DNA of 64,000 nt from Candidatus Liptonbacteria bacterium (GCA_016867315.1 VGJV01000001.1:130649-194648), one strand, 5' to 3'. Shown: positions 9,773 through 19,743, numbered from the stretch's first letter. The notes: generated by a model not told the origin, from the sequence alone. Numbers and translations: made by a program.

Positions 9773-11495
9773 TCGGATTAGGACGAACCACCAGCACCGC
9801 AGGCTTTCGATTCTTTTTTTCCTGCTCCCCGCGTTTTACGCTGGCTTTTATAAAGCTGCGGAAAAGCGGATGAGGAGCGAGCGGACGCGATTTAAATTCG
9901 GGATGAAATTGCGTGCCCACAAAAAAAGGGTGCGCGGCTTTCGGTAACTCGGCGATCTCCATGAGACGCCGATCCGGAGAAATGCCAGAAAATACCAGGC
10001 CTTTCTTTTCTAAGCGTTCGATGTATTTCGGATTCACTTCGTATCGGTGCCGATGCCGCTCGGAAATGCGCGGAGTGTCATAGGCTTCACGAGCTACGCT
10101 TCCCGGTTTTAATGTCGTGGGATACGCGCCCAAGCGCATCGTGCCTCCATAGTTTTTCTCCGCCACATTCGCTCGCTGCTCCGGTATAAAATCGATCACT
10201 GGGTGTGGGGTTTTGGAATCAATTTCCGTGGTGTTCGCTTTGGCCAACCCCGCTGCATTTCGCGCAAATTCAATCGTTGCTAACTGCATGCCGTAACAGA
10301 GACCGAATAAAGGAATCCCCTTTTCGCGTGCATACCTGATGGCGGCGATTATTCCCTCCACGCCGCGCCCACCGAATCCGCCTGGGACCACTATCCCCCC
10401 TACCCCTTCGAGTTCTTTAAGAAGTTTTGGATCTCTCTCATATCGCTCCGAGTCTAGCCACAGTATTTTCGCTTTTTTCCCCACGCTCCACGCCGCATGA
10501 TTTACCGATTCTATGACGGAAATGTAGGTGTCTTTTACGGATTTAAAATTGAAATACTTCCCCACAATCCCAATCACCACCTCCTTGTCCATTTTTTTGA
10601 TTTTTCTCGCGAGCGCCATCCAATCTTTCAAATCCTTCGTTCTGGATTTCAGCCCTAATGCCCCGAGCAGTGTATCACTCAACTTTTCCTTCTCGAAATT
10701 TACCGGCACGTCATAGATCGAATACACGTCGGGGGCAGAGATAATGCGCTCCACGGGCAAGCTGCACACGTTGCTGATGGTCCGTTTGATGTCCTGGGTG
10801 GCCGGCCGCTCGGCGCGACAGAGTACGAAATCAGGATTCAATCCCACCGAATGAAGATCGTTTACCGCTCGCTGGGTAGGTTTGGATTTCTGTTCGCCTA
10901 AGAGCGCAGGCGTGGGGAGATAGCTTATAAGCACCACCATTACATCCGCCGGATGTTTGGATTTCATCATCCGGGTGGCCTCGAGAAACGGGAAGAGTTG
11001 GTACTCTCCGACCGTCCCGCCATACTCCACTATCGTGATTTCCGCGTTATTTTTTCGCTGACACGCTTCGATGCGCCGAATGATTTCTTTCGGAATATCG
11101 GGGTACACCTCCACATCTTCACCGTGGTACTCGAGGTTTCGTTCCTTCCGGATGACTTCCTGATATACCTGGCCTGTCGTGATGTAATTCTCTCGGGTGG
11201 AGAGCTGATCCGTAAATCGCTCGTAGTTGCCCAGATCCTGATCGGCTTCGATGCCGTCCTCCCCCACAAACACTTCGCCATGTTCCGCGGGACGGATCGT
11301 ACCCGCGTCCACGTTTACATACATATCTGCTTTCAGGTTGGCTACGCGATAGCCGCGGGACTGCAAAATTTTCCCGATGGAAGCGGCGGCGACTCCTTTC
11401 CCCACCGAGGACATTACTCCTCCCACTACGAAAATATACTTTGGAGTCGTTTTCCCTTTGGCCGCCATATTGCCTATATTGTCCTCATAATTCAA
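9744..11495 (-). CDS. pyrG: CTP synthase
   Basis: N-terminal synthetase P-loop GGVMSSVGKG and a C-terminal glutamine amidotransferase (GLCYGMQLA, His/Glu). Confidence 0.9.
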   Translation of the reverse strand: MNYEDNIGNMAAKGKTTPKYIFVVGGVMSSVGKGVAAASIGKILQSRGYRVANLKADMYVNVDAGTIRPAEHGEVFVGEDGIEADQDLGNYERFTDQLSTRENYITTGQVYQEVIRKERNLEYHGEDVEVYPDIPKEIIRRIEACQRKNNAEITIVEYGGTVGEYQLFPFLEATRMMKSKHPADVMVVLISYLPTPALLGEQKSKPTQRAVNDLHSVGLNPDFVLCRAERPATQDIKRTISNVCSLPVERIISAPDVYSIYDVPVNFEKEKLSDTLLGALGLKSRTKDLKDWMALARKIKKMDKEVVIGIVGKYFNFKSVKDTYISVIESVNHAAWSVGKKAKILWLDSERYERDPKLLKELEGVGGIVVPGGFGGRGVEGIIAAIRYAREKGIPLFGLCYGMQLATIEFARNAAGLAKANTTEIDSKTPHPVIDFIPEQRANVAEKNYGGTMRLGAYPTTLKPGSVAREAYDTPRISERHRHRYEVNPKYIERLEKKGLVFSGISPDRRLMEIAELPKAAHPFFVGTQFHPEFKSRPLAPHPLFRSFIKASVKRGEQEKKNRKPAVLVVRPNPNAHHALRSG

Positions 11496-11562
11496 AGAAA
11501 GGCAAGTGGAATAAAAACAAAGGAGCCCACCTTTCGGCCGGGCTCACTTGTTTTTCTCTGCT

Positions 11563-11853
11563 TTAGTTCCATCGCGGATTCGGTGGGTCCTCGTCATCTC
11601 CTTTCTGTTTTTTCCACCAGTCGGGGTCGTCGTAGAATTTTTTATTTTGCTCCCCCTCTAACTCATCGTTGGCTTCTTGGATCATTCCCTGAGCTTCCTC
11701 AAACAAGCCTAGGTAGATTTCTTTTTCCTTCTCGCTTCGACACGCGTGGGCTTTCTTCAATGCCCAGAATGCACCCACGAGTCCGATTATTCCCGTAATC
11801 ACCGCTGAGCCTTTTCCTTTTCCCTTCCCCGCCAAGAGTAGCCCTTGCAACAT
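11563..11853 (-). CDS. hypothetical small membrane protein (one TM helix, acidic C-terminus)
   Basis: ORF with a hydrophobic segment ITGIIGLVGAFWAL. Confidence 0.3.
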   Translation of the reverse strand: MLQGLLLAGKGKGKGSAVITGIIGLVGAFWALKKAHACRSEKEKEIYLGLFEEAQGMIQEANDELEGEQNKKFYDDPDWWKKQKGDDEDPPNPRWN

Positions 11854-11891
11854 AAGGGTTTTCTCACTTTCTATCTGCCACCTGTTACTCG

Positions 11892-13226
11892 CTACGAAAG
11901 CGGCACTTCGTGCCGGGGCACGAGTTTCTGATCCGTCGCAAGCGTAAAGTGGAAGGTAGTCCCCCGCTCGGGAACGGACTCCGCCCAGATGCGGCCGCCG
12001 TGGGCTTGAATGATATTTTTCACAATATAAAGACCCAAACCTGAACCTTCCGTTTGAAGCTTCACCGCATTATCCGCCCGGAAGAATTTGGTGAAAAGTT
12101 TCTTCAAATCTTTCGGGGGGATACCGATACCGGTATCTTTTATTGTCACTTCTACGTAAGGACCTTCGGTGGCAGGTTTTACATCAACTGTCACTGTGCC
12201 GTTTTTTACGTTGTAGCGAATCGCATTTTCCACGAGGTTCGAAGTCGCCATGGCAAGCTTCTGCGGATCCGCAGTTACGAGCGGCAAACCAACCTTCGGC
12301 GCATTAAAATAAATTGAGACGCCTGCGTGCGTTGCCGCAGGGATGATTTGGGCCAGTAGCTTGTTCAAGAATTGCACGATATCTACCGTCGTGAAGGAAT
12401 ATCCAAATCGTCCCTCTTCGATCTTCGCGATGCCCAAGAGATCGTCGATGATCTTCAAAAGCGTCTCGCTGCCTTCGAAAGCACCATCGATAAGTGCCTT
12501 CGTATTTGCATCAAACTTCGAAGAGTCCTTATGGAGGGAGTCGAGGGCCCAATGAATGCCCGTCGTCGGAGTCCGCAGTTGGTGCGAAGCAATCGTTACG
12601 AATTCGCTTTTGGATTTGATGAGGCTTACCTCTCGAGTGCGATCCCGAATGACTTTCGCAAATCCTATCGGCGCTCCATCTTCTCCTTTCCCTAAAGAAA
12701 GCGAAGTGATGCGAAGTTCCAGGAAGGGGTCATTAAAAGAGAGGTCCACAATCTGAGGGAACACTCCCGCAGGAGAACGGGCAATCATTCCAGGGGCAAG
12801 CGAAGGAAACGCGACTTGCGCCAAAAGACGCCGGCGGGGATTTTCCGCATCCTGAGGGCTTACCACCTTTCCCAACACCTCGGCGGATTCTAAGCCAAAA
12901 AGCCTCTCGGCAGCTGGATTCCAAAATGTCACCTTGAAATCTTTGTCGTATACAAAAAGCGCATCATCTAACCTTTCGAGTACCGTGCGAAATTCTTCGG
13001 AAGCAAAAGAGGTAGCGGCAGGAGTAGGAGATTTCGGCTGAAGAGCTCCCAGGGCAGCAAGGAGTACCGCTCCCAGAATGAGCGCCCCCTGCATAATCAC
13101 AAGATAGGCGGGCAAGGCCCAGGCGGCGATTCCCACTGCCACAAGGAAAGGCACCCCTGCGAGCCAAATAAGATTCGTCGGCTTCGGAGGAGCGGCGTCG
13201 GTTTTGGGAAGCGGTTTAATTTCCAT
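11892..13226 (-). CDS. sensor histidine kinase (2 TM, PAS, HisKA, HATPase_c)
   Basis: H-box IASHQLRTPTT and G1/G2 boxes DTGIGIP…GSGLGLYIV; PAS segment VTFWNPAAERLFG. Confidence 0.75.
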   Translation of the reverse strand: MEIKPLPKTDAAPPKPTNLIWLAGVPFLVAVGIAAWALPAYLVIMQGALILGAVLLAALGALQPKSPTPAATSFASEEFRTVLERLDDALFVYDKDFKVTFWNPAAERLFGLESAEVLGKVVSPQDAENPRRRLLAQVAFPSLAPGMIARSPAGVFPQIVDLSFNDPFLELRITSLSLGKGEDGAPIGFAKVIRDRTREVSLIKSKSEFVTIASHQLRTPTTGIHWALDSLHKDSSKFDANTKALIDGAFEGSETLLKIIDDLLGIAKIEEGRFGYSFTTVDIVQFLNKLLAQIIPAATHAGVSIYFNAPKVGLPLVTADPQKLAMATSNLVENAIRYNVKNGTVTVDVKPATEGPYVEVTIKDTGIGIPPKDLKKLFTKFFRADNAVKLQTEGSGLGLYIVKNIIQAHGGRIWAESVPERGTTFHFTLATDQKLVPRHEVPLS

Positions 13227-13233
13227 TAGCTCT

Positions 13234-15708
13234 CTACAATGTGAGGGTTTCCATATGCCCCCAGTCTTTGCCCCTCGAAATTTTTACTGTGAGCGGCACA
13301 GAGAGTGGGTAGGCGGATTCCATGACCTCCCGTATCTTTGGCGCTATAAGAGCAATCATATCATCGCGGATTTCGAACAACAATTCATCATGAATAGAGA
13401 GAAGCATTGCAGCACTCTGCCCCCAGCCTTCCGCATGAAACAAGTCGCGAATGCGTACCATTGCGAGCTTCACAATATCTGCTTCCAACCCCTGAATGGG
13501 GAAATTCACTGCAACTCTTTCCGCCTCCGCCCGGAAACGAGGAACGGCCGAGCGGCTGCCTGGGATGTAGCGACGACGTCCAGTTAAGGTTTGGACGTAT
13601 CCCTCTTCTCTTGCCTCTTTCTTTATCAATTCCTGCCACTCTTTTACCCGTTCAAACGTTTTGAAATATTGGCCGATAAATTTCTTGGCTTCTTCCGCCG
13701 AAACGCCCGCAGCCTGCGCAAAAGCCCGTGCGCCCATGCCATACATAAGGCCGAAGTTTAAGGTTTTGGCGAGGCGCCGCTCCTTGTCTCCTACCGCTTC
13801 GGGAGCAATTCCCAATACTCGTGCGGCAGTAAGGCGGTGTAGATCGTCGCCACGGTGGAAAGCGGCCACGAGCTCCTCATCCCCCGAGAGCGCCGCAAGG
13901 ATGCGAAGCTCTAGCTGAGTGTAATCACACGCCACGAGCGAACTCCCTACGGGAGCAATAAACGCGCCACGAAGTTCTTTGGCCAAGACGAATGTTTGCG
14001 GAATATTTTGCAAATTCGGATCCCGAGAACTCAATCGGCCCGTGCCCGTGCCCGTTTGCACAAAATCAGTATGCACTCGCCCGTCTTCCTCAATGCAATC
14101 GAGGAGAGGGCCGAGATATGTGGACCTGGCTTTGAAAAACTCCCGATATTCCAAAAGCTCCCGCACAATCGGATGCACGTCCGCGACGCCGAGGAGTGCC
14201 TCTTCCCGAGTGGATTTCAGCCCCGTGCGAGTTACCGATTTCCCCCGAATCCCCAACTTTTCAAAAAGGATGCGGCTCACTTCGCGGGGAGAATTCAGAT
14301 TAAACACTTCGCCGGCATGGGCGTAAATCCCCTTTTCCAATTCTCGAAGGCGCGCATCCACCTTGGAGAGAAGCGACGTAAGTCGCTCTTTCGAGAGCGC
14401 CACTCCTTTTTGCTCCATTTCGGCGAGCACCCGAAGGAGGGGCATCTCAATGGTTTCGAATACCGTGTTTAAATTGTGCGCCGCAAGCGTGTGATATTCC
14501 CAGGCAAAAAGCTTTTCGTATTCATCTTTCGTATTCATCCATGGCGTTCCTAAAAATCGATGTGCAATTGAAGCAGGATCGTAGGTCTTGAAGTCGGGAT
14601 CGATAAGCCAGGCGCCTACCCCCAGATCCCAATAGGGCGCGGCTCCGTCTTCCGACTTTTCCCAGGCGGACTTTAGCCAGGATTTTAGATTGAATCCCAC
14701 CTTAAGCCCCTCGAAATGGATAGCTTCTTCACCCACTACAAACTCATGAAGGGGCAGAGGGCCCGCTTTCGTTAAAACTTCGGCGGGTAGGCCCTTCTTT
14801 TCTATTTCTACTTTTTGTTGGGTAGGCTCTCCGCCCATCCGCTTCACGAGTGCACGGAAACCGAGCGCCTCGAAGTATGCTTTCGCCGTGTCTAAATTCT
14901 CGGCCACTTCGACCGCCGGAAGGGAGTCGGCCGCGAGCGGCGCATCCGCGCGAAGTGTCACGAGCATTTTCGAAAGCTCCGCTTCTTCTCGGTATGGGAG
15001 CAGCTTGGTTTTTAATTTCTCGTCGGAAGGAGCGGCTTCGTACAATTTCTCGAGGGTTCCAAATTTCTGAAGAAAAGCAGCGGCGGTTTTGGGGCCTATA
15101 CCCGGGACGCCTTTCACATTATCAGAAGGGTCGCCTACTAAGGCCTTGTAATCGGGCAGTTGCCCCGGAGCTAATCCATATCGGGCGCGCACCGCGGTGT
15201 CTCCGTATTTCATCACTTCGCTAATGCCGGTTTTCAAGGCCCACACGACCACATGCTCGTCCTCCACTAATTGCAGGGTGTCCAAATCTCCCGTAAGAAT
15301 CACTACTTGATCCGGAGTCAGATGCCGGAATTTTCCTGCGGCAGTCGCGATTAAATCGTCCGCTTCCCATCCAGGCGCTTCAAACACCCCAATACCGAAG
15401 GCGGCGAAAAGTCGATGCGCCTCGATGATCTGCGCAATCAGTTCATCGGGCGCTTTGGGACGCTGTGCTTTATACGCCGCATACTTTTCTTTGCGAAAAG
15501 TAGGCTCAGGTCGGTCAAAAAAAGCCGCGGCGTAGCGTGGCTTTTCTTCTTTCCAGAGCTTCAACAGGATGCTGGCCACCCCATAGACTGCCTGTACGGG
15601 GGCCCCGCTCGGAGAGGTGAGCGGAGGGAGCGCATGAAACGCTCGATGCACGAGCGAATTGGCATCGATCAAAAATATTTTTTTGTTTGGATTATTCATT
15701 GGAATCAT
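13234..15708 (-). CDS. polA: DNA polymerase I (5'-3' exonuclease plus polymerase domains)
   Basis: 5' nuclease N-terminus (FLIDANSLVHRAFHAL) and pol A motifs (RRYIPG…, QVHDELLFE-like). Confidence 0.9.
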   Translation of the reverse strand: MIPMNNPNKKIFLIDANSLVHRAFHALPPLTSPSGAPVQAVYGVASILLKLWKEEKPRYAAAFFDRPEPTFRKEKYAAYKAQRPKAPDELIAQIIEAHRLFAAFGIGVFEAPGWEADDLIATAAGKFRHLTPDQVVILTGDLDTLQLVEDEHVVVWALKTGISEVMKYGDTAVRARYGLAPGQLPDYKALVGDPSDNVKGVPGIGPKTAAAFLQKFGTLEKLYEAAPSDEKLKTKLLPYREEAELSKMLVTLRADAPLAADSLPAVEVAENLDTAKAYFEALGFRALVKRMGGEPTQQKVEIEKKGLPAEVLTKAGPLPLHEFVVGEEAIHFEGLKVGFNLKSWLKSAWEKSEDGAAPYWDLGVGAWLIDPDFKTYDPASIAHRFLGTPWMNTKDEYEKLFAWEYHTLAAHNLNTVFETIEMPLLRVLAEMEQKGVALSKERLTSLLSKVDARLRELEKGIYAHAGEVFNLNSPREVSRILFEKLGIRGKSVTRTGLKSTREEALLGVADVHPIVRELLEYREFFKARSTYLGPLLDCIEEDGRVHTDFVQTGTGTGRLSSRDPNLQNIPQTFVLAKELRGAFIAPVGSSLVACDYTQLELRILAALSGDEELVAAFHRGDDLHRLTAARVLGIAPEAVGDKERRLAKTLNFGLMYGMGARAFAQAAGVSAEEAKKFIGQYFKTFERVKEWQELIKKEAREEGYVQTLTGRRRYIPGSRSAVPRFRAEAERVAVNFPIQGLEADIVKLAMVRIRDLFHAEGWGQSAAMLLSIHDELLFEIRDDMIALIAPKIREVMESAYPLSVPLTVKISRGKDWGHMETLTL

Positions 15709-15766
15709 TCGTCCTATTCCTTGCGGCCGTCGCTCTGCGAGAATCCCCGCACGGAACAGGACTTCA

Positions 15767-16216
15767 TTACTTATCTTCCCTTACTATAATAATTCGCTCG
15801 CGCTCGTTTCGCCCGTGTTCGAACGAGACTCGGACTGTCTTTTTTGGAAGGGTGCGCCCGGCGTGCTTTGCCCACTCTATTACAACTATGTTTTCCGGAG
15901 CAGCGAAAATTTCTTTCAACCTAAGGGCTTGAATGGCGCGAGGATCTTCCAGGCGATATAGATCGGCATGATAGAGCGACCCCTTATCCCGAAGTTTTAT
16001 TCGACGAAGCAAAATGAATGTGGGACTTACTGAACGACCGCGCACGCCTAAGGCCTTGAAAATCCCTTTCGTGAAAGTAGTCTTCCCTCCTCCCAGTGGT
16101 CCATCCAACGCGAACACAAGAGCCTGGGTTCTCTTTTTAAATCTATGAGCCGTCTCCCGAGTTATTTCCTGTCCCAGCCGCTCGGTCGTCCGCGCACTCG
16201 TCGTTACATAACGCAT
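15767..16216 (-). CDS. tsaE: tRNA threonylcarbamoyladenosine biosynthesis ATPase TsaE
   Basis: GPLGGGKTTFTKG Walker A in a ~150-aa YjeE-type protein. Confidence 0.7.
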   Translation of the reverse strand: MRYVTTSARTTERLGQEITRETAHRFKKRTQALVFALDGPLGGGKTTFTKGIFKALGVRGRSVSPTFILLRRIKLRDKGSLYHADLYRLEDPRAIQALRLKEIFAAPENIVVIEWAKHAGRTLPKKTVRVSFEHGRNERERIIIVREDK

Positions 16217-16225
16217 TCCGGAAGT

Positions 16226-17230
16226 CTACAAAAGATCCCCGCGGCGCACCACCCCCAAGTGGTCATATGCGGCCGGCAGCGCGATTCGCCCAGCGGAAGA
16301 CCGCTGCAAGAACCCCAAAGCCATGAGATACGGCTCATAAATGTCCTCGATTACTCCCCTATCTTCGTTCAACGCCGCGGCAAGGGTACCCACTCCTACG
16401 GGGCCGCCTCCGAACTTACCAATGATGATTTCGAGAAGTTTACGATCTTGAGGTTCTAATCCCAACTCATCAATTTCCAAAAGTTCCAGCGTGCCCATGC
16501 TTACTGCTTCATCAATGGAAAGTTTGCCGTGCACTTCTGCATAGTCTCGGGCTCGGCGGAGCAAACGATTTGCTACCCTCGGCGTGCCTCTCGAAGCTCG
16601 GGCGAGAATATTTATAGCCGTAGGCTCGATCGCGGTGCCCAAAATTCGGGCAGAGCGACTAAGAATTTCGGCGATCTCCGCGCTATTGTAATACCCCAAC
16701 CGAAAGGTGGCTCCGAATCTGGAGCGCAGCGGCTGCGAGAGCAAGTTTTCCCGAGTGGTCGCTGCAACGAGCGTAAATGGGGGGAGATCTAAAAGAAGCG
16801 TGCGCGCGCTCGGCCCCTTTCCCACTACTACATGGAGCTTCCGCATCTCCATTGCCGGGTAAAGCACCTCCTCTATCATTCGGTTGATCCGGTGGGCTTC
16901 ATCTATAAAAAGTACCTCGCCCGGATTCAGGTTCGTCAAAATGGCCGCGAGGTCCCCCATCTTTTCAATAGCAGGCCCCGAGGTTACCTTCATAGAACCA
17001 CCCATTTCTTTCGCTACTAAATGAGCCAGTGTAGTTTTGCCCAAGCCCGCCGGACCAGAGAATAAGAGATGATCCGCGGCCTCTCCCCGGCGCTTCGCCG
17101 CCTCGATCAGAATTCGAAGATTATCTTTGATCCTTTCTTGGCCTATATAGGCATCCCAAGACGCCGGCCGTAGGGCTTGATCGGTATTTCCTTCCTCTTC
17201 TTTAAGTTTTCGAGGGGTTTCAGGGGGCAT
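16226..17230 (-). CDS. ruvB: Holliday junction DNA helicase RuvB
   Basis: AAA+ motifs LFSGPAGLGKTTLA and LFIDEAHR. Confidence 0.9.
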   Translation of the reverse strand: MPPETPRKLKEEEGNTDQALRPASWDAYIGQERIKDNLRILIEAAKRRGEAADHLLFSGPAGLGKTTLAHLVAKEMGGSMKVTSGPAIEKMGDLAAILTNLNPGEVLFIDEAHRINRMIEEVLYPAMEMRKLHVVVGKGPSARTLLLDLPPFTLVAATTRENLLSQPLRSRFGATFRLGYYNSAEIAEILSRSARILGTAIEPTAINILARASRGTPRVANRLLRRARDYAEVHGKLSIDEAVSMGTLELLEIDELGLEPQDRKLLEIIIGKFGGGPVGVGTLAAALNEDRGVIEDIYEPYLMALGFLQRSSAGRIALPAAYDHLGVVRRGDLL

Positions 17231-17240
17231 TAGTAAGGGG

Positions 17241-17269
17241 TTGACAATGAAGATTCTTTATGCTACTAT
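17241..17269 (+). promoter_or_regulatory. sigma70-like promoter, TTGACA-17 bp-TACTAT
   Basis: Consensus -35 with a 17-bp spacer. It faces antisense to the pilB/ruvB direction, into a structured region with no ORF. Confidence 0.35.
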
Positions 17270-17275
17270 CTCCAA

Positions 17276-17445
17276 CCATAAGGAAGAAGTAGGTAGGTCA
17301 TTTGAAATCTGAGGGCTGGAATTATTTCTAGATATTTTAGGACGGCTTGGCTTCGGCGAAGCCCATCCTCAGAATAATTCTATCCTCTTTTCACTTTGTG
17401 AGAAGAGAAACCACCTGTCCCGATGAATTTCGGGATACGCCCTCA
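17276..17445 (+). ncRNA. candidate structured small RNA (unknown family)
   Basis: A 15-nt perfect long-range inverted repeat (ttgaaatctgagggc at 17302-17316 and gccctcagatttcaa at 17429-17443) closes a roughly 140-nt domain. Inside are the local hairpins ggcttcggcgaagcc, cctcttttcac/gtgagaagag and gtcccga/tcgggat. No start codon follows the AAGGAAG stretch. Confidence 0.2.
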
Positions 17446-17458
17446 GATTTCAAGCGAG

Positions 17459-19138
17459 CTACCATACTAAAGGACCGGTGACTTCCTCCACCTCTTTAGG
17501 ACTCGTCACCCCCTGAATGATTTTAAGTATTCCGTCTTGCTGCATGGTTACCATCCCCTGTTGCTCGGCGAGTTTGGCGAGCACCGCTTCGGAAGCTTCT
17601 CCTATAATTACCTCTTCCAAATCCCGCCCTCCCCGGAAAAATTCAAATATTCCCACTCTGCCTTTATAGCCAAAGTGGTTGCATACCTCACATCCTACCG
17701 GCTCAAAGAGCGTCGGGATGGCGTATTGCACTCGCTCCACTCGCGTGGGCAATTTTTTTAAGAACGCCTCGATTCTTTTTTTGAGTTCCGGCGTGGGTTC
17801 CACTGGTTTTTTACACTTTCCGCATAATTTTCGCACTAGCCGTTGAGCGATCACGAGCGAAAGCGCCGCGCCGATAGTCGCGGGCTTCACTCCGAGATTT
17901 GCCAACCTCGGCACCGCCCCCACCGCATCGTTCGTGTGTAGCGTGCTCAAGACTAGATGGCCAGTAAGCGACGCTTGTAACGCGATATCGGCGGTTTCCG
18001 TATCCCGAATTTCTCCCACGAGGACTATATCCGGGTCCTGCCTTACGATCGCTCGAAGGCCGCTTGCGAATGTATACCCTGCTTCCGGGTCGACTTGAGT
18101 CTGCTCAATACCTTCGATGCGATACTCAATAGGATCTTCCACGGTAATAATTTTCATCTCCGGATCGTTCAACTTCCGCAAAAAAGCGTACAGGGTGGTG
18201 GTTTTCCCGGAGCCGGTCGGCCCGGTGTTCAGGATTAACCCATTGGGTTTCGCGAGTTCCGCATTCACAATTACGAGATCATCCGGACGCAAGCCCAGGG
18301 CCGCAAATTCCAAAGTAGTTTCTTTGGGATCGAGCACCCGCATTACCACTGCTTCTCCAAACTCAGAAGGGGCGATAGAAACCCGGATTTCAATGTCCTT
18401 ACCCTCGACACGCACCGTGAATCTCCCATCCTGGGCTTCGTCTCTCACATTAATCTTTAGACCCGAGAGCAACTTCAGACGAGAAAGAAGCGATTCATAA
18501 CTTTTTACCGGAATGGCAGTGGCCGCATCGTGAAGGCGCCCGTCGATGCGATACCGGAACTTGGCATCTTTTTCTTCGGCTTCGCAGTGAATGTCTGACG
18601 CTTCGTTCGCGAGTGCGCCCGCGAGAAGCATTTCCAAAAGATCTGTAGTGCTTGTTTGATGAAAATCTAATTTACCAAATGCATCGTGCACCACTTGGAA
18701 GCCTTTAAGCTTCCCCATAAGTTCCGCGAATCGCCCTCCCAAATCCACCTTCCCAGTTATGTCGTGGGCTTCTTTGGCCGCGAAGGAATACATGTGCCAG
18801 AGTTCCTTAATTCCAGATTGCGACCCTATCATCACTTTAAACGTGGGGAATTGCTTTTTTAATTCACTTAGCAGCGCTTCGGTCGCGGGAAGACGAGGGT
18901 CTACCACCGCAACCACGAGGGCTTTATCTGTTTTTTCGAGTCCTACCGCCTGCGCTTCTTCGGCGCGCGCCTTAGGAATCACCAATACTGCATCAAACGA
19001 AGTGGGGACTTTACTTACTTCCACGTATGGGTAGCCTAGTTCTTCCGCCATCCTTTTTGCCGCTCTTTCTTCCCCCTCTCGGCGGAGACGGAGAAGTTCT
19101 TCATTTAACGGGGTGGGAGCAGCGATACTCATTGTCAC
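17459..19138 (-). CDS. pilB: type II/IV secretion-system ATPase of the GspE/PilB family (type IV pilus assembly ATPase)
   Basis: LNTGPTGSGKTTTL Walker A, VEDPIEY, a tetracysteine motif CGKCKK…CEVCN, and an N-terminal GSPII_E_N-like region. Confidence 0.8.
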   Translation of the reverse strand: MTMSIAAPTPLNEELLRLRREGEERAAKRMAEELGYPYVEVSKVPTSFDAVLVIPKARAEEAQAVGLEKTDKALVVAVVDPRLPATEALLSELKKQFPTFKVMIGSQSGIKELWHMYSFAAKEAHDITGKVDLGGRFAELMGKLKGFQVVHDAFGKLDFHQTSTTDLLEMLLAGALANEASDIHCEAEEKDAKFRYRIDGRLHDAATAIPVKSYESLLSRLKLLSGLKINVRDEAQDGRFTVRVEGKDIEIRVSIAPSEFGEAVVMRVLDPKETTLEFAALGLRPDDLVIVNAELAKPNGLILNTGPTGSGKTTTLYAFLRKLNDPEMKIITVEDPIEYRIEGIEQTQVDPEAGYTFASGLRAIVRQDPDIVLVGEIRDTETADIALQASLTGHLVLSTLHTNDAVGAVPRLANLGVKPATIGAALSLVIAQRLVRKLCGKCKKPVEPTPELKKRIEAFLKKLPTRVERVQYAIPTLFEPVGCEVCNHFGYKGRVGIFEFFRGGRDLEEVIIGEASEAVLAKLAEQQGMVTMQQDGILKIIQGVTSPKEVEEVTGPLVW

Positions 19139-19166
19139 AATTATACCTCACCCTTCGAACAACTTT

Positions 19167-19194
19167 GAAATTAGAAATTGGGAATTAGAAATTG
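19167..19194. repeat. tandem heptamer repeat GAAATTA GAAATTG GGAATTA GAAATTG (two adjacent 14-bp units)
   Basis: Read directly; it ends 12 nt before the yebC ATG, in the pilB-yebC divergent region. Confidence 0.5.
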
Positions 19195-19206
19195 TATGCT
19201 CTCGGT

Positions 19207-19743
19207 ATGGCAGGACATTCTCATTGGGCCGGAATAAAGCATAAAAAGGAAATTACCGATAAGAAAAAAGGGGCTACTTTTTCTAAGCTCCTTGCAGCAG
19301 TAACTGCAGCCGCAAAAAGAGACCCGAATCCGGATTTTAACCCCCGCCTCCGTACAATGGTCGAAAAGGCTCGAGCTCAGAATGTCCCCGCCTCGAACAT
19401 CGAGCGCGCAATTCAGCGCGCGAGCGAAGCAGGGGGAGCAATTGAAGAGCTTCTTTTTGAAGCGTACGGCCCAGGAGGGGTGGCGCTGCTTATTGAAGCT
19501 ACTACGGATAGCAAAAATCGGACGGTTGCAGAGGTAAAAAAGCTCCTTACGGATTTTGAGGGGAAATGGGCCGAGCCGGGCAGTGTACGGTGGGCCTTTG
19601 AGGAAATGCCTGGAGGAGGGTGGACTTCTAAGTTCCCTCTCGCCATCGACACCGAAGTGGCCGCGAAACTGCACTCATTAGTGGAGGCTTTGGAAGAGCA
19701 TGCGGACGTCCAGGCGATATATACTAATACTTCTCAGTTTTAA
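19207..19743 (+). CDS. yebC: YebC/PmpR-family transcriptional regulator (short form)
   Basis: MAGHSHWAGIKHKK… start and TVAEVKK…GSV motifs; shares ATGA overlap with ruvC. Confidence 0.75.
   Translation: MAGHSHWAGIKHKKEITDKKKGATFSKLLAAVTAAAKRDPNPDFNPRLRTMVEKARAQNVPASNIERAIQRASEAGGAIEELLFEAYGPGGVALLIEATTDSKNRTVAEVKKLLTDFEGKWAEPGSVRWAFEEMPGGGWTSKFPLAIDTEVAAKLHSLVEALEEHADVQAIYTNTSQF

Noticed and set aside
10953-11798. 281-aa plus-strand ORF, plus many other 60-360-aa ORFs in the track (e.g. 49958..50650, 54135..54899, 55551..56645, 58612..59244, 59644..60237, 13996..14472, 19171..19674)
   Set aside because: All lie antisense to or out of frame with long, well-conserved genes (pyrG, nusA, the P-loop gene, tyrS, ftsH, polA, yebC). 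Their translations are low-complexity and Arg/Ser/Pro-rich, typical of spurious reading frames.
19192-19743. yebC as a pseudogene because it is about 55 aa shorter than typical YebC
   Set aside because: The reading frame is intact, the N- and C-terminal conserved blocks are present, and it is translationally coupled (ATGA) to ruvC. It is more likely a naturally short form.
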